From: Eledone cirrhosa
Taxonomy: Eukaryota
Length of the DNA: 64,000 nt
Assembly: GCA_964016885.1 (NCBI GenBank)
Contig: OZ024745.1
Location: forward strand, 75,578,001-75,642,000
Direction of reading: 5' to 3'
The notes under the pieces were generated by a model, which was given only the letters and a program-made list of their open reading frames with translations, was not told where the DNA came from and did not search any database. Position numbers and translations under genes: made by a program. Each line of letters starts with the position of its first letter. Position 1 is the stretch's first letter. Shown piece by piece: positions 1-13,084 of this stretch.

Positions 1-834
<834 letters not shown>

Positions 835-835
<1 letters not shown>

Positions 836-1472
836 CATGAGAAGAAAGAAGAATACTGCGTGGTTGCAAATAGGTTACATATGATAAAAATAATCCTTCG
901 TCAGTGATTTTCCAACCATCATTGGTATTTCATGGCATTAAAAATCAGATACCTCAGGTTGGTGCGAGCAATAACTAAAAAAAGTTATTGGGACCAGTAA
1001 TTCGCGTAAAGCGAGGGGGACAAGTAAACAACATAGAAGGATAAAAGCAAACCGAAGATAGGAAAATAAACAAGCAACATGGTTGTCCAGTCAGCATAAG
1101 CTGGGTGGATTTCATGAGCGAGAGAGGTACAGACCGTCCGATGTGTGTGAGATGTAAGCAAGAAGAAACCCACTACAAACCAAACGGGAGGAAGTGAGAA
1201 GGGGAGAAACAGAGAGTGAGTGAGTGGAAGTGCGAGGAAGAGGTCAGTCGAGAGAAAGTGTAACTGACAGAGGGGGCGAAAGAAGGTGAGAGAAACAGAG
1301 AGAGCGGTGAAGCAGTAAGAGAGAAACAGACACACGAAGCCGAGGTAAATATATATAAAAAAAACATGAGAAGAAAGAAGAATACTGCGTGGTTGCAAAT
1401 GGGCTACATATGATAAAAATAGTCCTTAGTCAGTGATTTTCCAACTATCATTGGTATTTCATCGCATTAAAA

Positions 1473-1476
<4 letters not shown>
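835..1476 (-). mobile_element. Non-coding retrozyme/Penelope-like mini element, 529-nt unit plus ~113-nt terminal direct repeat
   Basis: 835-947 is repeated at ~1363-1476. Sits in (TA)n, has a near-identical copy at 6785-7393, and contains the permuted HHR. Confidence 0.8.
897..962 (-). ncRNA. Putative non-circularly permuted hammerhead ribozyme with kink-turn (copy 1)
   Basis: Minus strand reads CCAACC-UGA-GGUAU-C^UGAUUUU-UAAUGCCA-U-GAAA-UACC-AAU-GAU-GGUUGG-AAAAUCA-CUGACGA-A. Stem III GGUAU/AUACC, stem I UGAUUUU/AAAAUCA, 1-bp stem II U/A, extra helix CCAACC/GGUUGG. Confidence 0.75.
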
Positions 1477-1544
<68 letters not shown>

Positions 1545-1722
1545 ATACAATAACAGAGATAGCTTAAAGCTAAACTCTGACTGGTAACCATCTCACTCAA
1601 CAAACATTAGGTTATATGTTAGTATAAACCCAATTTAAGTGTTTGGGGTGCTAACTATATGTATTATGTGGAAAGCCAGTTGTATTATTTTATGAGATAT
1701 AATTAAAGTTAAAATATATCTC

Positions 1723-1756
<34 letters not shown>

Positions 1757-1867
1757 ATATGTATATATTAATTAAAAGGTTAATTAGTCTCTAATACATA
1801 AACATCTCAATGAATAGATAAAATATATTGATAAGATATCGCTCTGAGAAGCAATATTATATATATA

Positions 1868-2008
<141 letters not shown>

Positions 2009-2287
2009 CAAGTCATGTCTGTCAGAACACTTTTGGTGACATAACAAATTTCTGAGTGTCCTCAATAATGCATTACAAAAACAATATAGCAGTGTTAATA
2101 CAAGGAAAGCTGCACCATGTTGTCTTCCACAATGTGGATGAGAATGGTAAATGCAGGAGGTTAAACAAAGTAAAATTGATACTCACGCTTCTATAAGGTG
2201 CCAACGATTGGAATGTACAAGTACTTTAGTATTGCCAAGCCATATTGCTTATAACAACATAGCGTCCTGACTTACGGTTTGACAAAT

Positions 2288-3296
2288 TATGAATTCCTAC
2301 GTGTAAAAAATACATATAGAGAAACAAGTATTATCCAACCGTATGCCAATGTGGTTCTATGGCGGGTTAATAAATTAACAAGCCAGAACATATAAAAACG
2401 AGTGGCAGGACATTGACCTGTCCACCCTACTTTTTGTCTTTGCACATGGCACCAGACAGAATTATTTCTTTCATCATCTGCTCTCATTTGGGAATGGTTT
2501 TGTATGGCGTCAGTTTGTGATTTGAACTCGGGAATTTTATATTCTCCGATGGAGAAGAGCCTTCTGAAGATTGGACCCTTCTCAATGGAAATCCGCTTGG
2601 ATTTTCCGTTTATTCTGGAGCATGAAACCGCGGTAAAGGCATATATAGTAGGTACAGCGAATTTTTTTAAATTTATTTTAAAACTTTTTCTCTATTTGCT
2701 AGACCTCGATTTTATATGTTCTGGCTTGTTAATTTATTAACCCGCCATAGAACCACATTGGCATACGGTTGGATAATACTTGTTTCCCTATATGTATTTT
2801 TTACACGTAGGAATTCATACTTTATTATTATTGATCTCCCCCTAAGGTAGAGATAAAATGTTGGCCGTTTGGACTGCTGCTATTTCTAGTGGCAGGACAT
2901 TGACCTGTCCACCCTGCCTTTTGTCTGTGCACATGGCACCAGACAGAATTATTTCTTTCATCATCTGCTCTCATTTGGGAATGGTTTTGTATGGCGTCAG
3001 TTTGTGATTTGAACTCGGGAATTTTATATTCTCCGATAGAGAAGAGCCTTCTGAAGATTGGACCCTTCTCAATGGAAATCCGCTTATTCTGGAGCGTGAA
3101 ACCGCGGTAAAGGCATATATAGTAAGTACAGCGAATTTTTTAAAATTTATTTTAAAACTTTTTCTCTATTTGCTAGACCTCGATTTTATATGTTCTGGCT
3201 TGTTAATTTATTAACCCGCCATAGAACCACATTCGCATACGGTTGGATAATACTTGTTTCCCTATATGTATTTTTTACACGTAGGAATTCATACTT

Positions 3297-3301
<5 letters not shown>
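2288..3301 (+). mobile_element. Penelope-type pLTR fragments: inverted tail (2288-2397) plus two direct units (2401-2830, 2888-3301)
   Basis: Direct and inverted repeats are visible. Each unit has an HHR and the array ends in (TA)n. Confidence 0.7.
2559..2640 (+). ncRNA. Type I hammerhead ribozyme motif (second copy 3046-3114)
   Basis: GCCUU-CUGAAGA-[long stem II]-GAAA-CCGCGG-UA-AAGGC, with palindromic stem III ACCGCGGU. Confidence 0.75.
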
Positions 3302-3903
<602 letters not shown>

Positions 3904-3966
3904 GTATATTAATGCGTATATTTAGAGAGAGAGCGAGAGAGAGGAGGGGAGCTATAGAAATAAATA

Positions 3967-4042
<76 letters not shown>

Positions 4043-4088
4043 GGAAGAGAAAATGAGAGAGGATCAGATATTATTTTATGTGTTACAT

Positions 4089-4278
4089 GGCGGTGGATTG
4101 GCAGTATCGGTAGAGGGTCGGACGCCATGCTTCTCAGCATAGTTACGTCCTTTTACGGTCTGAGTTCAAATCCCGCCGAGGTTGACTTTGCCTTTCATCC
4201 TTACGGGGTCGATAAAATAAAGTACCAGTAATGCACTGGGTGATTGCTGGCCTTGTGCCTAAAGTAGAAGCAATTATT
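4089..4278 (+). mobile_element. tRNA-derived SINE
   Basis: A-box-like tggcagtatcgg, B-box gagttcaaatcc, central ttgcctttcatcc..ggggtcgataaaataaagtaccag, tail gctggccttgtgcc..agaa. Partial copies at ~5850-5950, 6562-6622, 39755-39835 and 59170-59270. Confidence 0.85.
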
Positions 4279-6140
4279 TTATGTGTTATATATCTAGCCA
4301 AATATAGGATAGTCGTTACATATTCCACATTCCCTATAAGAATCAAAAGAGAAAAGTCATGTAATTCTCAATTGGAGGGGGGGGGTCCATGGAATGTACT
4401 TTATAGCGTCGAATGTGTGAGAAACAAAACCATGTAATAAACAGCAAAAACAGCAAAGAGTAGTATTAATGATGTGGATGGGGGGGGCAGGGCATGGATA
4501 ATATAAGAAATAGAAACTGGTGAAGAAATACTATGGCAAGATAGAAATAAGAGAATGATATACAGAAAATCTGGGAAGAAAATGGAGTGCTGTGACAAGA
4601 AAAATTAAACTGAACACCAGGAATATATAAAGCTAAAACAACAACAACAACAAAAACAACTTAACTCTCATAAAACAGAATTTATTGTAATGTGTTTGAA
4701 CTTGAAACTGTCAAATTGTATCGTAGAACGAACCCCGTCATTAACAAAATCTCTCTACGGATCTGCAATGAAAGATGGCAGTGTTTGTTAAGTATGACTC
4801 GAGTCCATTAGCTTGACTGACCGCAATTTCTCTTGAGGGTATACTTTTCTAAACACACTGTCTCCTGACAGTTTTTATGTGCATATCTCTCTTAACAGTA
4901 TAGTGGTAGGTTTGCTCTTTAAAAATAATAAAATGCAAGGTAAAAATAATAAAATTAAACAACTTCTAGATTTATACAAAAAATAAACAAATAATTTTAA
5001 AAAGTATATGTAGAAAAATATATTTAATTTGAGACAACATGGAAAGAATTAGCTCTAATTTTCTCTGGTAAGGGGAGACGTGACTGTTCCACCTCCCATA
5101 TTCTTATAAAGGTCGTGATATTACTCGTGGAAACGACTATTTTGTTAGAACACTGTAGACGTGCTATATAATATGTGTACATCAATGTACTTGTATTGAC
5201 AGTATTGCATCTCTAAATGCTGTTATGAATATTGCTCATGCAGAAAAAGGATTACAAGCCGTATGTGTGCTTTTCCAACATCGAACGTTTTATAGAACAG
5301 CCTAAATGAATAATCAAGTCGTGCGAATATGCTGCAAAACCTGAAACCTAAATATTGATTTCTTTTCATTAGACACATGGCCTCGGATTTAGAGGGGGTA
5401 GAGGGAATGAAGCATTGTGATGTTCAGACTGTTTCCAAATTTTTTCGCGACGTACATGGCATGTCATTAAAAAACAAACCAAATCGTGTGTTTTACAGGA
5501 CACTTAAAGATGTGACACGTCTAAATGAAGAGTTCGGTGTCCTACCGAGTCAACTTTGACGGTAGAAGTGTTGGACGGAACTAGGTTGAGGTGTGAAAGC
5601 TTCTACCATTAATAACGTTCACGGGAATACGTAAACTTAGCGCTATGAATTAGCACAGCACACGTGTTACTGTATGAAGTTGTCTTAATAACTAGTTTCA
5701 TCGAACACTATTTTTGTTGTTATTGTTTCATTGTTCTTAAACATAGATCAGTTCTGATCCAACAGAACAATGATCAAAGGCGTTACAACCGTGACTATCA
5801 CATTTTTATTCAGTCAAGCTATATACATCTTGGAGCATATTACTGACTCGGCGAATTGGCAGAGTCGTTAGAGCCTCGGTATTAATTTCAGGTTTCTACG
5901 TTCTGAGTTCAAATCACTACTTTCGGGGTCGATGAATAAAGTAGTAGTCCTTTAGTCCTTGGGGGATGAATTGGCGGAATTGCTGAAGAATTGGGGAGGG
6001 GGACACTGTGCGATATCAGCTCCGGCTCTGTGCATTCTGAGCTCAAAACCTACCCCATGGCATCGGAAAAGCTAAGAATTGAGACAGACAGATAGTATAA
6101 ACAATGGAAAAACCAAGAAAACATAGTTTCCTTGGTGTGA

Positions 6141-6243
<103 letters not shown>

Positions 6244-6623
6244 TACATATATATATATGCGTATAAATATATATAAATGTTTGTATGTATGTAAACTTAT
6301 GCGAACGTATTGTACATCCTTGTGTGTGAGTGTTTTATTTTAAAATAAAATATCTGGATGGGAAAAAAGGGAAGACAGACCCCATATATAGAGAAATAAA
6401 GATGTTTGACTGATATAAAATAATTGTAAAACATTCGCTATTTCTATAAAAATGTTTGTACAATTTTATTTTCACTGTCTTCTTTTTATAGTGTTTCAAT
6501 AATGTTTAGTTTTATTATCTCTTTTCATGTCATGATATAATCATCATCAAGTAGTAAAGAAAATAATGGTTTCTGATTTAGGCACAAGGCCAAGAATTAG
6601 GAACTGAAGGAAAAGTTCGGATC

Positions 6624-6752
6624 TAGCTGTCGAAACGGCCGGAGCTCAGCCGTCGGGCTCCCAACTCTTTTCTTATTACCCACTCTACTACCCTAAGTAT
6701 TGAGTACTCTGGTGCATTATGGTCCACGTGGTATCTTACTACACCCTCTTTG
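6624..6752 (+). mobile_element. Penelope-type 3' tail with the 3' half of an HHR (family also at 10918-11102, 12352-12410, 14059-14252, 37282-37475)
   Basis: GAAA-CGGC-loop-GCCG-UC-GGG followed by a shared ~90-nt tail abutting (TA)n. Confidence 0.6.
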
Positions 6753-6784
<32 letters not shown>

Positions 6785-6791
<7 letters not shown>

Positions 6792-7393
6792 GAGAAGAAA
6801 GAAGAATACTGCGTGGTTTGCACATGGGTTACATATGATAAAAATAGTCCTTCGTCAGTGATTTTCCAACCATCATTGGTATTTCATCGCATTAAAAATC
6901 AGATACCTCAGGTTGGTGCGAGCAATAACTAAAAAAAGTTATTGGGACCAGAATTCGCGTAAGGCGAGGTGGACAAGTAAACAACATAGAAGGATAAAAG
7001 CAAACCGAAGATAGGAAAATAAACAAGCAACATGGTTGTCCGGTCAGCATAAGCTGGGTGGATTTCATGAGCGAGAGAGGTACAGACCGTGTTGATGTGT
7101 GTGAGATGTGAGCAAGAAGAGACCCACACAAGACAAACGGGAGGAAGTGGGAAGGGGAGAAACAGAGAGTGAGTGAGTGGAAATGTGAGGAAGAGGTCAG
7201 TCGAGAGAAAGTGTAACTGACAGAGGAGGCGAAAGAAGGTGAGATAAACAGAGAGCACGGGGAAGCAGTAAGAGAGAAACAGACAAACGCAGCCGAGGTA
7301 AATATATATAAAAAAAACATGAGAAGAAAGAAGAATACTGCGTGGTTTGTACATGGGTTACATATGATAAAAATAGTCCTTCGTCAGTGATTT
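6785..7393 (-). mobile_element. Second copy of the retrozyme/Penelope-like mini element
   Basis: Highly similar to 835-1476, with a partial terminal repeat at ~7314-7393. Confidence 0.8.
6851..6916 (-). ncRNA. Putative permuted kink-turn hammerhead (copy 2)
   Basis: Same architecture as 897-962 with linker UAAUGCGA. Predicted cut between 6902 and 6901. Confidence 0.75.
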
Positions 7394-7446
7394 CCCTCAG
7401 ATAAATGGAAAAAGATGAGTATTGACGTACATGGGAGTCGAACCCA

Positions 7447-7660
7447 CATCTTTGGTTATCGCGATAAGGGCGGTGGATTGGCAGTATCGGTATAGGGTCG
7501 GACGCCATGCTTTGACGCATAGAGTTACGGCCCTTGCCATTCTGAGTTCAAATCCCGCCGAGGTTAACTTTGCTTTTCATACCTACGGGGTCGATAAAAT
7601 AAAGTACCAGTAATGCACTGGGTAATTGCTGGCCTTGTGCCAAAAGTAGAAACAATTATT
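7447..7660 (+). mobile_element. tRNA-derived SINE
   Basis: Full-length match to 4089-4278. Confidence 0.85.
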
Positions 7661-8125
7661 ACATTGTCTCAAATATGGTTGAGTTAACCATGAGTGTATT
7701 AACTGTTTTTTCTAGCAAATACGTTATTCACTCACTGTCCACCTTACTACCCTTCTGTGACCACTGTATCACGTGTTAATCTCTCCCTCCACCTCTGAGA
7801 CTTTCTCAATTGCTACAAACGCGTCAGAAAACAGTCCCTTTTTCTGAGGGGGTCTCTTGATAAGCCGTATCAACCTCACAGTGATGATGCACTTTCAAAG
7901 CGTAGAAATCGGTGCACACGGATCGGCGAAACTGCAGCCGGGACTTTGAAGGAAAAATAGGTATATTTTTGTCTATTATTTCCTCATATTTTGTAATTTG
8001 ATAAATATCTCTGATTATGGAGTTGATTTAATTATTTTAGTTATTTTAACTCTCTCGGTCATCGAGCAACACTTAAGGCGGACATCACACACACACACAT
8101 ACATATGAATATGTGTGTGTATTTC

Positions 8126-8197
<72 letters not shown>

Positions 8198-8199
<2 letters not shown>

Positions 8200-8521
8200 A
8201 ATAATGGAGCTGCGGCGCTGCAAATGGGTTACATAAGAAAAAGTTTGTCCTCATCAGTGGCCATCCAACCGTCGTAGGCATTTCGTCGCATTAAAGGCCA
8301 TATACCTCAGGTTGGTGCGAGCAACGGCTAAAAAAAAGTCGTTGGGACACGTAAATAGAGGGGACGCTAGGGTAAACAAACAAAATGGTTTAAGCAGCAG
8401 AAAGTGATGAAGAAGGAAACAAGTCCCAGATTTCTATGAATATAAATTCGGTGGAATCGTGAACGAGAGAATAAAGACCATCAAACCTGGTTGAAATGTG
8501 AGCAAGGAAGGAATTTCGCAC
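8198..8521 (-). mobile_element. Diverged subfamily of the permuted-HHR mini element
   Basis: Colinear similarity to 835-1170, flanked by (TA)n. Confidence 0.7.
8250..8315 (-). ncRNA. Putative permuted kink-turn hammerhead (copy 3, covariant)
   Basis: CCAACC-UGA-GGUAU-A^UGGCC-UUUAAUGCGA-C-GAAA-UGCC-UAC-GAC-GGUUGG-AU-GGCCA-CUGAUGA-G. Confidence 0.75.
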
Positions 8522-8612
8522 ATATATATATATATAATTGGTGTGGGAAGCTTAAAGCGTCCGTAAGCGGTATGCCGTTTGAGCACTCGATGCTCTTACA
8601 GAGCAGAGTATA

Positions 8613-8795
8613 ATATCACATAAGAAACGGAGAATCAGTGGTGCGACGAATAAGATTTATTAGACATATTACAATCGTTTCTCTGGCATCGATCTTTCTC
8701 TTGCATCGATCGTGCCTCGAGCTGGTCGCTAGAGAAACGATTGTAATATGTCTAACAAATCTTATTCGTCGCACCACTGATTCTCCGTTTCTTAT

Positions 8796-8802
<7 letters not shown>
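8613..8802. repeat. Fold-back inverted repeat (~70-bp arms), Penelope-tail-like
   Basis: atatcacataagaaacggagaatcagtggtgcgacgaataagattt.. recurs as its reverse complement at ~8730-8802, which carries GAAA-CGAUUG-UA (HHR 3' half). Confidence 0.7.
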
Positions 8803-8831
<29 letters not shown>

Positions 8832-9087
8832 AGTTAATATAAATTAATATATTTGATAAACACAAATGCCAACATATTTATGTTTGTATTGTAAATGACC
8901 AGGTTAGCTAGATTGAAATATACTAATAATAATAATAATACATTTTGCCTGTCTCGATTTAAGATAATAAATCAATAAAAACAAATCATATTGGCAATGG
9001 CCATAGTGCTTGGACAAATTTAAATTTCAAAATAAAACCTGTTCCGTAGACATGTTTAAACGTTAAAATCCAAACATGTTTCGACTA

Positions 9088-9118
<31 letters not shown>

Positions 9119-9159
9119 CATCTCACACACAAACTATTACATGAGTAAGACTTGTAACA

Positions 9160-9226
9160 CAAGGTATCCCCAAAAAATATATACACATATTTATTAGAAT
9201 GCTATACATTTTGGGGGGATACCCTG
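9160..9226. mobile_element. Very short Tc1/mariner-like MITE remnant
   Basis: Imperfect TIRs caaggtatccccaaaaaatatata / tatacattttggggggataccctg followed by TA. Confidence 0.45.
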
Positions 9227-9242
9227 TATTTACGTTGTAATG

Positions 9243-9640
9243 AGGTTTCAATTTATTCCACGGGGATGCTATATGTTGAAACACATTCTTCGCTGCAAAC
9301 CCCATCGTTTCAGCCACAGGCCCAAACAGTGCTACCCGCAACACAGAGGAGCAGAATATAACTAAATACCGGGCTTTGCTTGAAAGTTTCCTTTGTGTAC
9401 CGGTTTCCATCAAGACCTCAGGCGTCCGTGGACAGCCATTTATCTCCGAAATTCTCGAGGAGGGCAGGTAGCCTGAGGAAGGAGTTCCGTGAAGTGGGTA
9501 TCACTGACTTGTTCTCCGTGGCAGTGCTTTCACCATCTCGTCCTCAGGACGCAGCAGCCGAGATGTACCCCCCTCCTAATTTCTCCTCCTTTCTATTCTT
9601 ATTTATTTTTCTCATCTTTTTATTTCGTTTTTCTCTCTTC
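9243..9640 (+). pseudogene. Decayed 3' end of a CRE-like non-LTR retrotransposon (restriction-like endonuclease)
   Basis: Manual translation GDAIC*NTF..SATGPNSATRNTEEQNITKYRALLESFLCVPVSIKTSGVRG fits the WDATC.DT..SA..AE..K..KY..F.P..IET.G pattern. Confidence 0.6.
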
Positions 9641-9844
9641 CTGTTTGCAAATATGCATGCATGGTCCCTTAACTCCTGGGGGAGTGGTAGAGGCGTAGTA
9701 TTGCCATGCGGTGATTCTAGGGCATCTTTTAAACGTGGCAGAGTCCATTTCCTTTACATGTCTTAACACATCAGATTTCTTGCAGAGAAGGATCGAGAGA
9801 GTGAGAGAATGAAAGTGAGAATGAGAGATATAGAGAGGAAGAAT

Positions 9845-9995
9845 CAACCCCAGTGCTAGTCTGGTACTATTTCATCGACCTCAAATGGATGAAAAGCAAA
9901 GTTGACTTTGATGAGATTTGAACTCAGAATAGAGAGCCGAAACAAATACTTCAGCATATTCTACCCGACGTTCTAACGACTCTGCCAATTCGCCA
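9845..9995 (-). mobile_element. tRNA-derived SINE (partial)
   Basis: Reverse complement of the SINE head and central domain. Confidence 0.75.
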
Positions 9996-10274
9996 CAAAA
10001 TACACAACTGAATATGAAATTTTGAATCAATAAAAGTTTTGTTTCAATATATCATGTGAGGTGTTCTGCTTTGATTTCCATCTTAAATATGATTGTACGT
10101 GACAGTATTTGACATGTGAGCTTAAATATTGTATGAAAGGCGAGTAAAAGAAATTTTCTTCGAGACAGTTATGCACATATACAAATCACGAACATATACA
10201 CAAATACGAATATATATATAGATGTGTGTGTGTGTGTATGTTTGTGTGTGTGCACGTGCGTGTGTGTGTGTGTG

Positions 10275-10363
<89 letters not shown>

Positions 10364-10454
10364 CATGTGTTTGTGTGCGTGTATTTATACATTCGCACAA
10401 ATATATAAATCGTCATTGAATCCAATTCAGACATATTTTCTCTCATATAAATAT

Positions 10455-10525
<71 letters not shown>

Positions 10526-10729
10526 ACAGTCATTCACAGAAAACACATTCATTCATCAAATTCAAACATACGTATCCTCGTATGTACACACATACATATA
10601 GTTCTATACGCACAAGAACACATACTCATACTGACTCTATATACTCATATATACACAAATGCATATACATTTATGCACACACTCGTGTACTTTTATATAC
10701 TCAAGCACATGTTTACACACAGACACTAC

Positions 10730-10787
<58 letters not shown>

Positions 10788-10917
10788 TACATATCACATG
10801 TTACATACATCTGAACTTATATATATGTATGTATATAAATATATATACATATATATATATATAATATATATAATTGTTTCTACTTTTGGCACACATATTT
10901 ATATATATATATAAAAC

Positions 10918-11099
10918 AAAGGAATTGTGGTAAGGAACCAGGTGGACCATAACGCACCAGAGTACGCAATTCTTAGGGTAGTAGAGTGGTAAATAAGAAA
11001 AAGTATGACCCCGACGGCAGAGCTCAAGCCGTTTCGACTCAGCAGTCCAGAAATAGCCGTTGAAACGGCTTGAGCTCTGCCGTCTGGGTCATACTTTTT

Positions 11100-11102
<3 letters not shown>
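10918..11102. mobile_element. Penelope-type tail with short inverted duplication
   Basis: Arms ~10995-11036 and ~11061-11102, within (TA)n. Confidence 0.65.
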
Positions 11103-11150
<48 letters not shown>

Positions 11151-13084
11151 CTGCATTTGAGCATTTCTCCCAAAAAGGGATCGACCCCAAAACATCGGAA
11201 TTCGTCCCCTCTCATCGTACCACATGAATCTCTCTTATTCTCTTATTTTATTCATAACTGGGTTTGTTTTGTTAGTTTTTACAGACAGATTATTACTTCA
11301 TTCCGCGGGCTGTAATCTTATTTTCTTCTTCCTTTTATATATTATCACAATTGTATACAGTGAATCATTGTAATGTTGATGAAATAGAGAAGATCTTGGT
11401 GGAGTATTGAAAGCTGATTCGTGTGCTTGATACTCTGGGGATTAGTTCATGATTCAGATGAATGCATTTTCCCTTCACTATGAATAATATATGAGGACAT
11501 GGTACTCATTCTGTTGACTTCGAAGACGAGAGAACATCGAATCGTATGTTCAAAAATAAGTTTATGTTATTGACTTTGAACTGGGAAACAAAAAGAGGAA
11601 TGGGATGGACCTCCGTCAGTTTCGACGATGAGTGGAAATTCAGCGTGACATGATGTGTAACAAGGTCGGGATTTTGAATTGCAGCTACAGTCAAACCGAC
11701 GGGCTTTCAAACAGTTTTCGTCTACCCAACTTCACTTACAAGGGTTAGGTCGGTCCGAAGCCATGTTATTATTGCGAAGTGAACGTCTTAACCATTCAGC
11801 CATAGTTGCGGATGGGCACCCCTTGTGAAACCAATCACCCCCAGGAAACTTCATTGAAATGAACTTACACCGTGAATTCCTTCGATGGAGCCGCCTCAAC
11901 CCACTCCGGGTGAATGCCACCATTAATACAAGTAACTAAGTACTGAGTCCATGGGTGGAAATATAATTAGTGTTGTGTAACTGTGTCTGTTCTGGTTCCT
12001 TAAAATATTTGAAATAATAATCCATGATAAAGTTCTGGTATCGAAACTAATTCAAGGTGTGCATTAACCACTGCGCTAGAGAGCCGTTGGCACCATTTCC
12101 CTCTTATTAGAAGATTTTAAACCAGTAGCTAGATGTGTAAACAAACAATTTTAAAGAACAATGGAAAAATAGCAAAGAATACCTTCTTTTCTTTTAAATT
12201 TATGTATCTGTGTAATAAGAACTCCTTTGTGCCAGATAATTGAAATAAATGTGTGACGTGTGCATAGTTGGGTAGAGTTTGAATAGCAATGAACGGGTTA
12301 AATGTTAAACGTGAAATGTGGACAGGTAGGGTGCAATGTTATAAATCGAGGGTCTGAAACTAGCTGTTGAAACGGCAAGAGCTCAGCCCTCGGGGTCCTG
12401 ACTCTTTCATATAAATCAAGGGTTAGAAATATGGCATTTCTCCTTTGGGACAATGCTCCGTATTCTTGCCATTATACAGACGTGCCAACCTCTAAATACC
12501 CAAAACGAGGCGTACCATGAAAACAAGTAGCAAAATGGGGAGATTTTACACAATGAAAGCTATACACATTTTCACAAGAGAAGACATTTCTCACCCACCC
12601 CCCAAATGGGTTGGAGATCTCCCCGTCGGACGGAGAGAGTCGACAGGTGTGCATCATAACCCTTTTAAGATTATATCAGTCTATAGGACCATACCATCAA
12701 ATAAATATGTGGTTAAATCGCTCGACTGTCGCTACTTTTCCTTAGAAGGAATTGAAACTCGCACTACAAGCCAAAAAAGCCAATGACCCAGGATGCGGCT
12801 GATATTTATATTGATGAACTCTCTACGATTCCTATTGAATGATCGGTGAACTCAACAGGCATGATCCACGTGTTTTCGTCTCAGACAAAATAAAGGACAT
12901 GAGCTGCCAGTTATTTGTGTCTTTCTGTTCTATTCTTTATTAGTTCACTCAATTATGCTCTCATAGTCTACATATCTTTATGGAATAATCAATACCAAGA
13001 AAACACACCGCACGGTGCACAACTCATTTATTAGTTTAGCTTAGTTTATATGCATATAAAGTACATTTTATTGGTTAAAACAGG

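Noticed and set aside
912-957. Box C/D snoRNA
   Set aside because: The D-like CUGA lies 5' of the C-like AUGAUG, there is no guide region, and the motif is embedded in a hammerhead within a mobile repeat. Treated as a K-turn.
985-1398. Hydrophobic 137-142 aa ORFs in the retrozyme-like element (also 6892-7354)
   Set aside because: They arise from pyrimidine-rich composition, have non-ATG or inconsistent ends, and are not conserved in the diverged subfamilies.
7420-7470. tRNA gene (ggagtcgaaccc, B-box on minus)
   Set aside because: Only a T-arm-like fragment; no full cloverleaf. Probably a SINE or tRNA relic.
11400-12790. Possible host exons in unique-looking sequence
   Set aside because: The frames I tried contain stops, parts look like decayed SINE heads, and no recognisable protein emerged.
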